Assembly (NCBI GenBank): GCA_051252375.1
Contig: JBPOFY010000007.1
Span: forward strand, 32,001-96,000
Origin: Opitutaceae bacterium
GTDB taxonomy: Bacteria; Verrucomicrobiota; Verrucomicrobiia; Opitutales; Coraliomargaritaceae
Direction of reading: 5' to 3'
Length of the DNA stretch: 64,000 nt
This document shows, piece by piece, positions 29,837-39,556 of this stretch (position 1 is its first letter; every line of letters begins with the position of its first letter). The notes below the pieces were generated by a model. The model saw nothing but the letters and a program-made list of their open reading frames with translations, was not told the origin of the DNA and did no database searches. The position numbers were made by a program, and so were the translations under genes.

Positions 29837-30697
29837 ATGACGAAACGACTAATTGCCCTTTGGGCTATCGCGATACTGTTACCGCTTATCGTTAACGCCT
29901 CAGAGGGCATTAACGTCTTCCCAGGCGAGAAAACCGATTTCCATGGATTTGATCGCTATAAATTTGAGACCAACGGAGTGCCGGTATCGGTGATCTGTCC
30001 GAAAGTAGCTGCCCCAGGAAAGCCTTGGCTCTGGCGCAGTCTGTTTTGGGATGCGATCAAGCAGTTCAATCAGACCGACCTCAAACTAGTGGAGGAGGGC
30101 TATCATGTGGTGCTCGTTCATGGCGATGTCTCCGGGCATCCCCGCGGCAACAAGAATATAGATGCAGCGTATACGCTGCTGACAGAGGAATACGGCTTTG
30201 CAAAAACCTGTTCCATGGCATCCATGAGTCGGGGCACACTTCAGCTCTTTCGTTGGGCTTCGGAGAATTCAGAAAAAGTGAATGGCATCTATGTGGATAA
30301 CGGGGTCTGTAACGTTTTGAGCTGGCCAGCCGGTAAACTGGTTCCCGGCAATGACTCTATCGGGAGCGGCAATGCGAAATCTTGGGCTCTCTTTAAGAAA
30401 AGTTTTGGCTACACTTCCGATGCTGAGGCACTCAAGACTAAGGAAAGTCCCATTGATTTATTGGAGCCATTGGCGAAAGCTGACGTTCCGATTCTGATGG
30501 TTTGCGGAAGCAAGGACGAAGCGGTCCCTTATGAAGAGAACGACGCTATTATGGAAAAGCGCTATCAGGCGCTCGGTGGTGATATAACGGTGATCGTCGA
30601 AGACAAGGGACACACGCATGGGATGAAAGACCCGACGCCGGTGCTTGAGTTTATTCGGGAAAATACGGGGGCGGGCCTTCCAGCAGGCCAGAAATAA
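29837..30697 (+). CDS. Secreted alpha/beta hydrolase (putative esterase)
   Basis: Signal peptide from ATG 29837; PGKPWLWRS, nucleophile elbow variant ASMSRG, D in DEAVP, H in KGHTHG. Confidence 0.72.
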   Translation: MTKRLIALWAIAILLPLIVNASEGINVFPGEKTDFHGFDRYKFETNGVPVSVICPKVAAPGKPWLWRSLFWDAIKQFNQTDLKLVEEGYHVVLVHGDVSGHPRGNKNIDAAYTLLTEEYGFAKTCSMASMSRGTLQLFRWASENSEKVNGIYVDNGVCNVLSWPAGKLVPGNDSIGSGNAKSWALFKKSFGYTSDAEALKTKESPIDLLEPLAKADVPILMVCGSKDEAVPYEENDAIMEKRYQALGGDITVIVEDKGHTHGMKDPTPVLEFIRENTGAGLPAGQK

Positions 30698-30767
30698 CCA
30701 GTAATGCATTATTAAAGCAATTACGGGATACTATTGGATCAAAATCATCGATATAATACCAAGTCTA

Positions 30768-32336
30768 ATGATACGCCCCATGTCTAAGTTTCTCCCCATA
30801 TCTCTATTTTCTTTGCTAATAGCTTCATCCGTGGTCGCAGAGGTGACATTACCCGCCATCATCAATAGTCAGATGGTGCTACAGCATGGAGTTAAAGCTC
30901 CGATATGGGGTTGGGCTGATGCTGGAGAACAAGTCCGCGTATCCTTTGCCGGACAGACGAAACAGGTCACGGCGACCTCCGATGGCAAATGGATGGTGCG
31001 TCTGGATCCGCTCAAGGTGTCGACCAAGTCACAGGTCATGACGATCAAGGGCAGTAACACCATCACACTCGACGATGTCCTTGTGGGTGAAGTATGGATT
31101 GCCTCCGGTCAGTCCAATATGGAGTTCAGTATTGGCGCAATTGCGAAGGAGGAGCAGGCGATTATTTCTGCCCAAATCGACAACAAGCTGCTGCGCATGT
31201 TCTGCGTTGCTCCTAAAATAAAGAGCTCACTACCACTGCGGGATACTGCAGGATACTGGAGTGACGGTTCCTATTTCATCAAACAGATGCAAGCGGGAAA
31301 GATTCGCACCTATGACAGTCACTCTGCGGTTGGATACTTTTTTGGACTGAAGCTGCAGCAATCGCTTCAAGTTCCGGTGGGAGTGATCGATACATCTTGG
31401 GGCGGAACCCAGATTGAACCTTGGATCGCAGATGAAGGTTATGAAATGGAGGGCATTGCCTATCGTAAAGTAAAGGTCAGCCAAGAAGCCGAAGCCATCG
31501 TCGCCCGCGACCAACTGGCGCAGGACATTTCCCGCTGGAGAGAGGCGGCACAGACGGCTGTAGAGGACGACCAAATGGTTTCTGCAAACATGGAAGTGCC
31601 AAAGTCTTCTGTGACGAACGCCATCTACAATGGAATGGTGGCACCACTGGTTCCCTTTGCCGTGAAAGGTGCCGTCTGGTATCAAGGCGAGGGCAATGTA
31701 AAGAGTAAGGACTATTTTCAGAAGTTGAAGGCACTGACGGGCGGGTGGTCTAAAGTTTTCAATGTCCCTGACATGCCTTTCTATCTGGTTCAGGTAGCGC
31801 CTTATAACTATGGGCACAAAAATCCTAAACAATTAGGTCCGCAAGCGATCTACGATTCAGTGGTGTCTGCTCAATATAAAGCGGCAAAGGAGATTAAGAA
31901 CTGCGATGTTATTAATATCCCTGACACGGTATTTGGTGATGTGAAGAACGTGCATCCCACCCATAAAAAGACAGCTGGAGATCGACTAGCAGCTATGGCA
32001 CTTAAAAATGACTACGGTAAAGATGTGATCTGCACCGGTCCGCGTTTTCTGAAAGCGACGTTGCCGGGCAATATGGTGAAGGTTTCTTTTGAACACATCG
32101 ATGAAGGGCTCGAAACCTCTGACGGCGAAGCACCGAACTGGTTTGAGATTGCCGGTGAGGATAAAGTGTTTGTCACAGCTCAAGCTGAAATCGTCGGCGA
32201 TCAGGTGCTGGTCTCAAGTTCTGAAGTTAAAACTCCTAAATACATTCGCATGGCATGGAACAATATCGCCGAGCAAAACCTGCGCGACAAAAATGGATGG
32301 CCGGCATTTTCTTTTAATGCTGAAATAGACAAATGA
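30768..32336 (+). CDS. Sialate O-acetylesterase-like (SASA/SGNH) carbohydrate esterase
   Basis: MVLQ..PIWGWA, GEVWIASGQSNME, WGGTQIEPW, WYQGEGN, NVHP. Confidence 0.9.
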   Translation: MIRPMSKFLPISLFSLLIASSVVAEVTLPAIINSQMVLQHGVKAPIWGWADAGEQVRVSFAGQTKQVTATSDGKWMVRLDPLKVSTKSQVMTIKGSNTITLDDVLVGEVWIASGQSNMEFSIGAIAKEEQAIISAQIDNKLLRMFCVAPKIKSSLPLRDTAGYWSDGSYFIKQMQAGKIRTYDSHSAVGYFFGLKLQQSLQVPVGVIDTSWGGTQIEPWIADEGYEMEGIAYRKVKVSQEAEAIVARDQLAQDISRWREAAQTAVEDDQMVSANMEVPKSSVTNAIYNGMVAPLVPFAVKGAVWYQGEGNVKSKDYFQKLKALTGGWSKVFNVPDMPFYLVQVAPYNYGHKNPKQLGPQAIYDSVVSAQYKAAKEIKNCDVINIPDTVFGDVKNVHPTHKKTAGDRLAAMALKNDYGKDVICTGPRFLKATLPGNMVKVSFEHIDEGLETSDGEAPNWFEIAGEDKVFVTAQAEIVGDQVLVSSSEVKTPKYIRMAWNNIAEQNLRDKNGWPAFSFNAEIDK

Positions 32337-33895
32337 TAGGTATGAAAATAAAACATCAAATAGGTGTCGCTGTCGTTGGTTTGTTAAGTGCCATTACGGC
32401 TCCTGCTGAAACATGGACGATCGACTCACAAGCAGAGTGGGACGAAAGCCTCGCGAAGAAAAAAGGGGCGGAAGTTTCCGATGGTATGGTGAGTCCGACT
32501 AAGAAGACCGCCGTGCTCTCAAGTGTGATTAAGCAGTTCGACGAAAAACGATCTGCAGAATCAATCACGATCGATCAGTCATCAGTGTGGCATAACTGGA
32601 ATCCCATCGGGCAGATCGGACCGAACAACGTGAGTGATGCGCCAGTGTTTTTGCGCATGGGACCAGACAACTACTGGCTGTTCGGGCGTTACAAGCGTAG
32701 CGAAGATTCACAGCCAGTTGCAGCTGCAGAGTTGGAGGGATTTGATATACCACTCATGAGCACGAAGAACCCACATCTCTTTGTCGCGCCCGGAGGATTG
32801 AAAGGCGCGCCTGGAGGCTACTATGGCTGGCAAAGTCGGGATATGGCAAACTGGGTCTTCCATGGTGCCGTGACACCGCCCCAGGCCGGGCTCGTGACCA
32901 CCGCTGAACTAGTGGATGGAAATGTTTATTTATATTATGATTTCCCAAATGATCAGGATCCGCATCTGGTGATTGACAGTGATCTGACGGATGGCGAGCC
33001 GGGCGAAGATATGGGGTTGGCTTTTTTAGATCCATCGCACGGTTCAGATTGTGCGGTGATCCGTGATCTGGATGGAAACTTCCATATGATACTCGAGGAC
33101 TGGAGTCCGCTCGATCCGTCCACCCATGCGTGGGATTCTCCGCTAGCCATGCATGCGGTGAGTAAAGATGGAAAAGGAAATTTCGAAATACTGCCCCCAG
33201 CGGTCGATGAACGCACGACTCCTACCGGCAAGTTTGCCGAGTATTTCCATCCACATTGGCACTCGAGCAGCCGTAAATCCGAGTTTCCGACCAAGCCTGT
33301 CCCTGAGGACATCCCGCAGCATAGGATGAAAAAAGGTGACATGCGATCATATGCAAAATACGAAATCCACGAACCAGAGCAGAATGCATATGGTGACTGG
33401 GCGTCCATCTCCATCGGTGGTCAGTATTATCTCTTTTGTGATTTTGATCCGGCCACTGCACATGGTGGAAAAAAATCCATGAGTGTCGCATGGTTTACCT
33501 CTTCCGATATCAATGAGCAGTTCACATTCTGTGGAAATGTCGGAGCAGGGCACCCTGATCCGGACATCATGTTTGCGGAGGGAGAATTCTATCTGGTCAC
33601 TCAGACGAAGCAGGATTTCGTGAGTCCCGGTCCATGGGTGAAGGGCGTCGAGGTTCGTGTTGGTGTAGATACGAATAAAGACGGCTCCGTTGACCAATGG
33701 ACCGACTGGCAGGAAGTGAATGAGACTTACGACGCCATCCCCGGTTTTGCAAAGCAAGTTGCCAAAACACCTGCGCAACTGGATCTCTCCAGTTTGCCGG
33801 AAGGCTATGGCTTTCAGTTTGAAGTGCGCCTGTCGGATCTCACCAAGAACGATTCCAAGCCCCAACTCGATAAAGTTACACTGACTTTTCAGTGA
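32333..33895 (+). CDS. Secreted protein, putative five-bladed beta-propeller glycoside hydrolase (GH43/GH117-like)
   Basis: Signal peptide; repeated blade-like motifs DAPVF..YWLF, SDCAVIRDLDGNFHMI, YGDW..IGGQYYLF, HPDPDIMFAEGEFYL. Confidence 0.5.
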   Translation: MIGMKIKHQIGVAVVGLLSAITAPAETWTIDSQAEWDESLAKKKGAEVSDGMVSPTKKTAVLSSVIKQFDEKRSAESITIDQSSVWHNWNPIGQIGPNNVSDAPVFLRMGPDNYWLFGRYKRSEDSQPVAAAELEGFDIPLMSTKNPHLFVAPGGLKGAPGGYYGWQSRDMANWVFHGAVTPPQAGLVTTAELVDGNVYLYYDFPNDQDPHLVIDSDLTDGEPGEDMGLAFLDPSHGSDCAVIRDLDGNFHMILEDWSPLDPSTHAWDSPLAMHAVSKDGKGNFEILPPAVDERTTPTGKFAEYFHPHWHSSSRKSEFPTKPVPEDIPQHRMKKGDMRSYAKYEIHEPEQNAYGDWASISIGGQYYLFCDFDPATAHGGKKSMSVAWFTSSDINEQFTFCGNVGAGHPDPDIMFAEGEFYLVTQTKQDFVSPGPWVKGVEVRVGVDTNKDGSVDQWTDWQEVNETYDAIPGFAKQVAKTPAQLDLSSLPEGYGFQFEVRLSDLTKNDSKPQLDKVTLTFQ

Positions 33896-33913
33896 GACGC
33901 TAAATAGACTATA

Positions 33914-35449
33914 ATGAAACTCTCATTCTTGACGATTCTAGCCACTGGCCTCGCAGCCCTTTCTTCCTTCGCTGCGGGAAGTCAGCCTAATATTGTTTTT
34001 CTGATGACGGATGATCAGCGCTGGGACAATTTCGGTTGTTACGGTAGGCCTGAGTTCAGGACCGAGAATATTGACCGTCTCGCGCAAGAGGGCGTCATTT
34101 TTGACAATGCCTATTACGCCGTAGCGATTTGCCTACCGAGTCGTGTGACCATGATGTCGGGTCGATATTTGTCGAATCACAAAGTAGGGTTCTCGCATCC
34201 GTATAACTACACGTTCTCTAAATCCGATTTCAACAATACCTATCCTGCAATGCTGAAAGCTGCGGGGTATCGAACCGGTTTTGTGGGCAAGTTCGGGTTT
34301 CCTGTGACGGATGAAGCCTATGAACGAAAGGGCTTGGTCTCTGGCTATAATTTACAAAAGGAACTTTCTCCATACTTTGATTTTTTTGCGGGAACGGGTG
34401 TGCACTTTCGTGGTGCATTCGCATCTTGGCCCAAAGATGAAAAACTGGATGCAATCTATAGCAAGGATAGGCCAGCAAACGAGCGCACTCCCAAAACCGG
34501 AGATGCCATGATTCACTTCCTGGAGACTCAACCAAAAGATCAGCCATTCTGCCTCTCGGTTAGTTTCTTCGCGGTTAAGAATGACAAAGCGAACGACATG
34601 TATCCTCCCGATGTCGCGGAGTTCAGCGATTATAATTTCAGCGTGCCTGAAAACTGGGTAGAAGGTCGAAATACAAAACTGCCCGAGGTGCTGGATAATT
34701 GGCGTGGGGTTTCTTTGCACAAGCAACGAACATCGACGCCAGCGCTCTACCAAAAATTGGTCCGACGATTTGCCACACAAGGATACAGTGTCGATCAGCA
34801 GGTCGGTCGACTGGTTCAACAGCTCGCAAGAATGGGTGTGCTCGATAACACGGTGATCATATACACCAGTGACAATGGGCGTTTCCATGGCTCGCACGGG
34901 CTTTATGACAAAGCGATCCTCTATGATGAGTCCGTGAAAGCTCCGTTCATCGTATTTGACGGGCGAGTGGCTCGAGAAGATCGAGGACGCCGTGAGGCTG
35001 CGCTGATGTCTTCAGTTGATGTCGCGCCGACCATCGTATCTTATGCAGGGCTCAGCATTCCAGATAGTATGCAGGGACGTGACCTCACTCCAGTGATTCA
35101 ACAAACTCAAGACCCTGACAAATGGCGTGACGCGGTTTACATTGAGAGCCTTTTCATCGGAAGCTTACACTCAAAAAAGGTGCCTGCAAATATCGCCGAA
35201 ATCAACGACAGCGTCATTGCGGATAATAAGTCGTATCGGTCACGAGGTGTGAGAACTGAACGCTATAAATATTTTAGCTACTACGAACACTCGCCTGTGA
35301 TTGAAGAGCTCTATGATATGAAGACGGACCCATACGAGCAGAACAATCTAGTCACGAACCCAGAATACTCCGAAGTCTTAAACAAACTCAGAAAAGAGAC
35401 TCAAGAACGTCATGCCGCGATCATTGCGCAAGACAGTCATCCTTTATAA
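33914..35449 (+). CDS. S1 sulfatase, paralog of the 27609 and 59943 enzymes
   Basis: QPNIVFLMTDDQRWD, CLPSR, TSDNGRFHGSHGLYDK. Confidence 0.92.
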   Translation: MKLSFLTILATGLAALSSFAAGSQPNIVFLMTDDQRWDNFGCYGRPEFRTENIDRLAQEGVIFDNAYYAVAICLPSRVTMMSGRYLSNHKVGFSHPYNYTFSKSDFNNTYPAMLKAAGYRTGFVGKFGFPVTDEAYERKGLVSGYNLQKELSPYFDFFAGTGVHFRGAFASWPKDEKLDAIYSKDRPANERTPKTGDAMIHFLETQPKDQPFCLSVSFFAVKNDKANDMYPPDVAEFSDYNFSVPENWVEGRNTKLPEVLDNWRGVSLHKQRTSTPALYQKLVRRFATQGYSVDQQVGRLVQQLARMGVLDNTVIIYTSDNGRFHGSHGLYDKAILYDESVKAPFIVFDGRVAREDRGRREAALMSSVDVAPTIVSYAGLSIPDSMQGRDLTPVIQQTQDPDKWRDAVYIESLFIGSLHSKKVPANIAEINDSVIADNKSYRSRGVRTERYKYFSYYEHSPVIEELYDMKTDPYEQNNLVTNPEYSEVLNKLRKETQERHAAIIAQDSHPL

Positions 35450-35451
35450 TT

Positions 35452-37113
35452 ATGAAAATCATCACAAAAATCACCTGTTCACTCAGCGTCTTTGCTGCGC
35501 TTTCGACTGCTGCGTTCGCGGCACAAGACTCCATTAGTATTGAGTCTTTGCTACAAGAGATGGTGGATCGCGATGCGGTGGCGCGTTTCCCTGAAACGGA
35601 TTTTCGACTCAAGCAACACAGCAGCTATAACCGAGCATCCAAGACTCCCGATGAGCCGAAGGGCTGGTTCACCAATCAAGACTATAATCCTAAGCGCGCG
35701 AATACTCATAACTTTATTCGAATCGAAGAGAACAATGGCCGAAAAGAGTGGGTATTGATGGATCATCAAGCACCGGGTGCGATTGTCCGGACATGGATGC
35801 CTTGGCTGCATCAGCTAAAACCAAATGCGAATATTACGATGCGTATCTATCTGGACGGTGCCGAGGAGCCAGCACTTGAGGGTAACATGCTAAGCCTTTT
35901 TGATGGCACTGGTTTGATCCCTTACCCATTGGCGCACCCATCGCTGCGTTCGGCGGTTAATTTCTTTCCGATCCCTTATGCACAGAGTTGCAAGGTGACG
36001 ACTGACAAAAAGCCGTTTTTCTATATCTTTACCTTTCGGGAGTATGACCAAGGGACGCCGATTGAAACCTTCACGATGGAGGGGTTTGAGTCTGCCAAAG
36101 ACTTGACCGAGGAAACGGGCAACTTGTTGTTAAATCCAACGGCTCCAGGGGCCGAGGATCCTCAGAGTTTCAGTGCTCGACTAAGTGATCAGGAGGAGGA
36201 GTCGCTTCAACTGCCCGCTGGGACTGCTGCCATTCGCGAGCTTTCGGTTAAGCTCGGTGACTATTCGAACCCGAATATCACCCGTCAGGTAGTGCTCAAG
36301 ATTGAGTTTGATGGTCAAGAGACGGTGTGGTGCCCAATCGGTGATTTCTTCGGATCGGGTATTGGTTTGAACCCTGTCGAAGGTTGGTATCGCACGGTGT
36401 CTGAAGACGGCACGATGAGTTGCCGCTGGGTCATGCCTTATCAAAAGGGCGGGAAAGTTTCGCTGCAGAATCTCAGTGGTGCACCTATAGATGCTGCACT
36501 CCAAGTCAAAACCGGTGACTGGAGTTGGGACGACCGCTCCATGTATTTTCATGCCGCATGGAGAGGGCAATACCCAGTGCCGACCCGTCCTTTCTCGGAT
36601 TGGAACTATGTCACTCTTAAGGGCAAAGGCGTTTATGTCGGCGATACCTTGACCGTCATGAACCCAGTCGAACAATGGTGGGGTGAAGGAGACGAGAAGA
36701 TCTGGGTGGATGGAGAGGATTTTCCTTCGCTTTTCGGAACCGGCACCGAAGATTACTACGGTTATTCTTGGGGTGGTCGCAGCACGGACTTTTATCAACA
36801 TCCCTTCCACGCTCAGCCATTTGCCAATCAATATAATAAGCTAAACCGCAAACCAGATTCCGATGAATCCCGCAATACCTTGGGGTTCAGTGTCGAAACA
36901 CGTAGCCGTGCCTTGGATACGATGCCCTTCGGCAGCTCACTACAATTGGATATGGAAGTGTGGTCAGGAACGGATTGCGATATGGGCTATCAGGTCGGTG
37001 TCTATTGGTATGGCTTTGCAGATACCACCTCCAACCGCAAACCAGAACCCGTAGAGGTGCATAACGTGCCGCCACTACCAGAAGGAATGCCAGGCGGTGC
37101 CGCAGCCGAGTAG
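35452..37113 (+). CDS. DUF2961 / GH172-family glycoside hydrolase
   Basis: PGAIVRTW, PIGDFFG, WWGEGDEKIWVDGE..PSLFGTGTEDYYG.SW signature. Confidence 0.85.
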   Translation: MKIITKITCSLSVFAALSTAAFAAQDSISIESLLQEMVDRDAVARFPETDFRLKQHSSYNRASKTPDEPKGWFTNQDYNPKRANTHNFIRIEENNGRKEWVLMDHQAPGAIVRTWMPWLHQLKPNANITMRIYLDGAEEPALEGNMLSLFDGTGLIPYPLAHPSLRSAVNFFPIPYAQSCKVTTDKKPFFYIFTFREYDQGTPIETFTMEGFESAKDLTEETGNLLLNPTAPGAEDPQSFSARLSDQEEESLQLPAGTAAIRELSVKLGDYSNPNITRQVVLKIEFDGQETVWCPIGDFFGSGIGLNPVEGWYRTVSEDGTMSCRWVMPYQKGGKVSLQNLSGAPIDAALQVKTGDWSWDDRSMYFHAAWRGQYPVPTRPFSDWNYVTLKGKGVYVGDTLTVMNPVEQWWGEGDEKIWVDGEDFPSLFGTGTEDYYGYSWGGRSTDFYQHPFHAQPFANQYNKLNRKPDSDESRNTLGFSVETRSRALDTMPFGSSLQLDMEVWSGTDCDMGYQVGVYWYGFADTTSNRKPEPVEVHNVPPLPEGMPGGAAAE

Positions 37114-37151
37114 TTCACTCAAAATCAATTTATAATAGAAAAATCATACTC

Positions 37152-39533
37152 ATGAAAAAACATACCTCAAAAATCCTTTGCGTCCTATTCGGTGCAATGC
37201 TGTCCACTGCGCATGCCGTGGATATCTACGTCAGCCCTGATGGTTCAGATGCAAATAGCGGCCTGTCGGGCCATCCTTTGTCATCCCTAGCGGGAGCCCA
37301 ACAAAAAGCTCGCACGTTTGCGGGTAAAGAAGCCGTCACAGTGAATGTTGCTGACGGAGTCTATTACCTTCCCGAGACGCTGGCCTTCACATCTAAAGAC
37401 TCAGGCTCGGAAAGGTATCCAGTCGTTTATAAGTCATACAATGAGGGCGGCGCAGTGCTTAGCGGTGGCTCCGAGCTCAAGCTGTCTTGGCAGCCATACG
37501 AGAACGGCATCTATCAAGCACAAACTCCTGCAGGTTTAGTAATCGACCAAGTCTTTATCGATGGGCGCAAGCAGCGGATGGCACGTTATCCCAATTACGA
37601 TGCAGCAAAGAAAGCAGAGCCTTATCAGGGTTATGCTGCCGATGCTTTTTCAAAGAAACGGGCCGCAGGTTGGGCGGATCCGACTGGCGGCTACATCCAT
37701 GCGATGCATGTCAAGCAATGGGGCGGCTACCACTACCTCATTACCGGTAAGGATGCGAAAGACGAAGTGACCTATGAGGGCGGTTGGCAAAACAATCGCA
37801 AGATGGGGATGCATAAAGACTACCGCATGGTGGAAAACATCTTTGAAGAGTTGGATGCGGAGAATGAATGGTATCACAATTCGAAAACCAATACGCTCTA
37901 TTATAAGCCATCAGCTGGAACGGACATCAATTCGGCTAAGGTCGAAGTGGTGCGCCTGCGTCACTTGGTCGAGTTTCAAGGATCAGAGTCACAGCCTGTA
38001 AAACACATCACATTACAGGGATTCGTCGTTCGACATGCAGCGCGCACATTCATGGACGTGAAGGAGCAGCTTTTGCGCTCAGACTGGGCAATCTATCGTG
38101 GCGGAGCTTACTTACTCACTGGAACCGAGAATATTCAAATTCTGGATACGGAGTTCGACCAAGTCGGCGGCAATGCTGTTTTCGTAAATAATTATAATCG
38201 TAATGTTCTTGTCCGAGGCTGCCACATTCACGATGCAGGTGCCAGTGGGGTATGTTTTGTCGGTGATCCCAAAGCGGCACGCGATCCTTTGTTCGAGTAT
38301 CATGAAACCAACGATTTGACAAAAATCGACCGCACGGTCGGTCCTAAGACGAACAACTACCCGGCAGATTCAGCAGTGGAAGACTGCTTGATTCACGGTA
38401 TCGGACGAGTGGAACGGCAGCCTGCCGGCGTCCAGATTTCAATGGCGCAGGGGATTACCGTGCGTGACACGTCGATTTACGATACAGCACGTGCCGGTAT
38501 CAATATCAGCGAAGGCACTTGGGGCGGTCACTTGATCGAGCGTGTCGATGTATTCGATACCGTTCTGGAAACGCACGACCACGGTTCATTCAACTCCTGG
38601 GGGCGTGACCGCTTCTGGCACAAAGATCGTAAGTCTTCACAAAGAGAAATTGATAAGGATCCGAAGCTGCCGTTCGTAGATGCCATGAAGACCACCACCA
38701 TTCGCGATAGCCGCTGGCGCTGTGATCATGGTTGGGATATCGACCTCGACGATGGATCAACAAACTACGACATCTATAATAACTTGATGTTGAACAACGG
38801 CTTGAAGTTGCGCGAAGGTTTCCGTCGCCATGCTTGGAACAACATTACAGTGAATAACGGGCTGCACCCCCACGTGTGGTATCAGGGGAGCCAAGATCAG
38901 ATCTATTCTAATATCTTCATGGCGCCTCACAAACCAGCGGGTGCGATTAAGACCGGTGACGATGTGCGTGTTGACGAGAATCTTTATGCGGTCGATGAAG
39001 CAGCAGTCATGAAGATCTCGAACAGATTCGGCTGGGATGAGAACTCAGTGTTTGGGGACCCGATGTTCGTCGATCCTGCCAAAGGTGACTTCAGGTTAAA
39101 ACAAAACTCACCCGCGCTAAAGGTTGGGTTTAAGAATTTCCCAATGGATCAATTCGGCGTAAAAAAGCCTTCGCTCAAAGCGATTGCCCGCACGCCAGAA
39201 ATTCCTCAATTGAAGTTGTTTCAAGATACAGGAAATAAGGGAGCCGCTAAAAGTATGCAATGGTTAGGCGTCACCTTGACTGAGCTCTCGGGTGTGGAAT
39301 TCTCCGCCTATGGTGTCAGCCAAGCAGATGGAGGTGTCGCGCTTTCTGGTGTTGGGCCGCGAACACAAGCCGCGAAAGTCGGCTTACTAAACGAGGATCT
39401 GATCCAAGCGGTGAATGATCGTAAGACCGCGAATGTGAAACAATTCAACCGCACCATCTCTCGGGCGAAGGGCACAATTAAACTGAAAGTTGTCCGTAAC
39501 CAGCAAGCTATAGAGCTTGAGGTGAGCTTGTAG
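37152..39533 (+). CDS. GH141-like beta-helix glycoside hydrolase with a C-terminal PDZ domain
   Basis: Very close paralog of the 24621 gene (long identical peptide runs); lacks the discoidin-like module. Confidence 0.8.
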   Translation: MKKHTSKILCVLFGAMLSTAHAVDIYVSPDGSDANSGLSGHPLSSLAGAQQKARTFAGKEAVTVNVADGVYYLPETLAFTSKDSGSERYPVVYKSYNEGGAVLSGGSELKLSWQPYENGIYQAQTPAGLVIDQVFIDGRKQRMARYPNYDAAKKAEPYQGYAADAFSKKRAAGWADPTGGYIHAMHVKQWGGYHYLITGKDAKDEVTYEGGWQNNRKMGMHKDYRMVENIFEELDAENEWYHNSKTNTLYYKPSAGTDINSAKVEVVRLRHLVEFQGSESQPVKHITLQGFVVRHAARTFMDVKEQLLRSDWAIYRGGAYLLTGTENIQILDTEFDQVGGNAVFVNNYNRNVLVRGCHIHDAGASGVCFVGDPKAARDPLFEYHETNDLTKIDRTVGPKTNNYPADSAVEDCLIHGIGRVERQPAGVQISMAQGITVRDTSIYDTARAGINISEGTWGGHLIERVDVFDTVLETHDHGSFNSWGRDRFWHKDRKSSQREIDKDPKLPFVDAMKTTTIRDSRWRCDHGWDIDLDDGSTNYDIYNNLMLNNGLKLREGFRRHAWNNITVNNGLHPHVWYQGSQDQIYSNIFMAPHKPAGAIKTGDDVRVDENLYAVDEAAVMKISNRFGWDENSVFGDPMFVDPAKGDFRLKQNSPALKVGFKNFPMDQFGVKKPSLKAIARTPEIPQLKLFQDTGNKGAAKSMQWLGVTLTELSGVEFSAYGVSQADGGVALSGVGPRTQAAKVGLLNEDLIQAVNDRKTANVKQFNRTISRAKGTIKLKVVRNQQAIELEVSL

Positions 39534-39556
39534 GAAATTCTTAAAATAATTAAACG

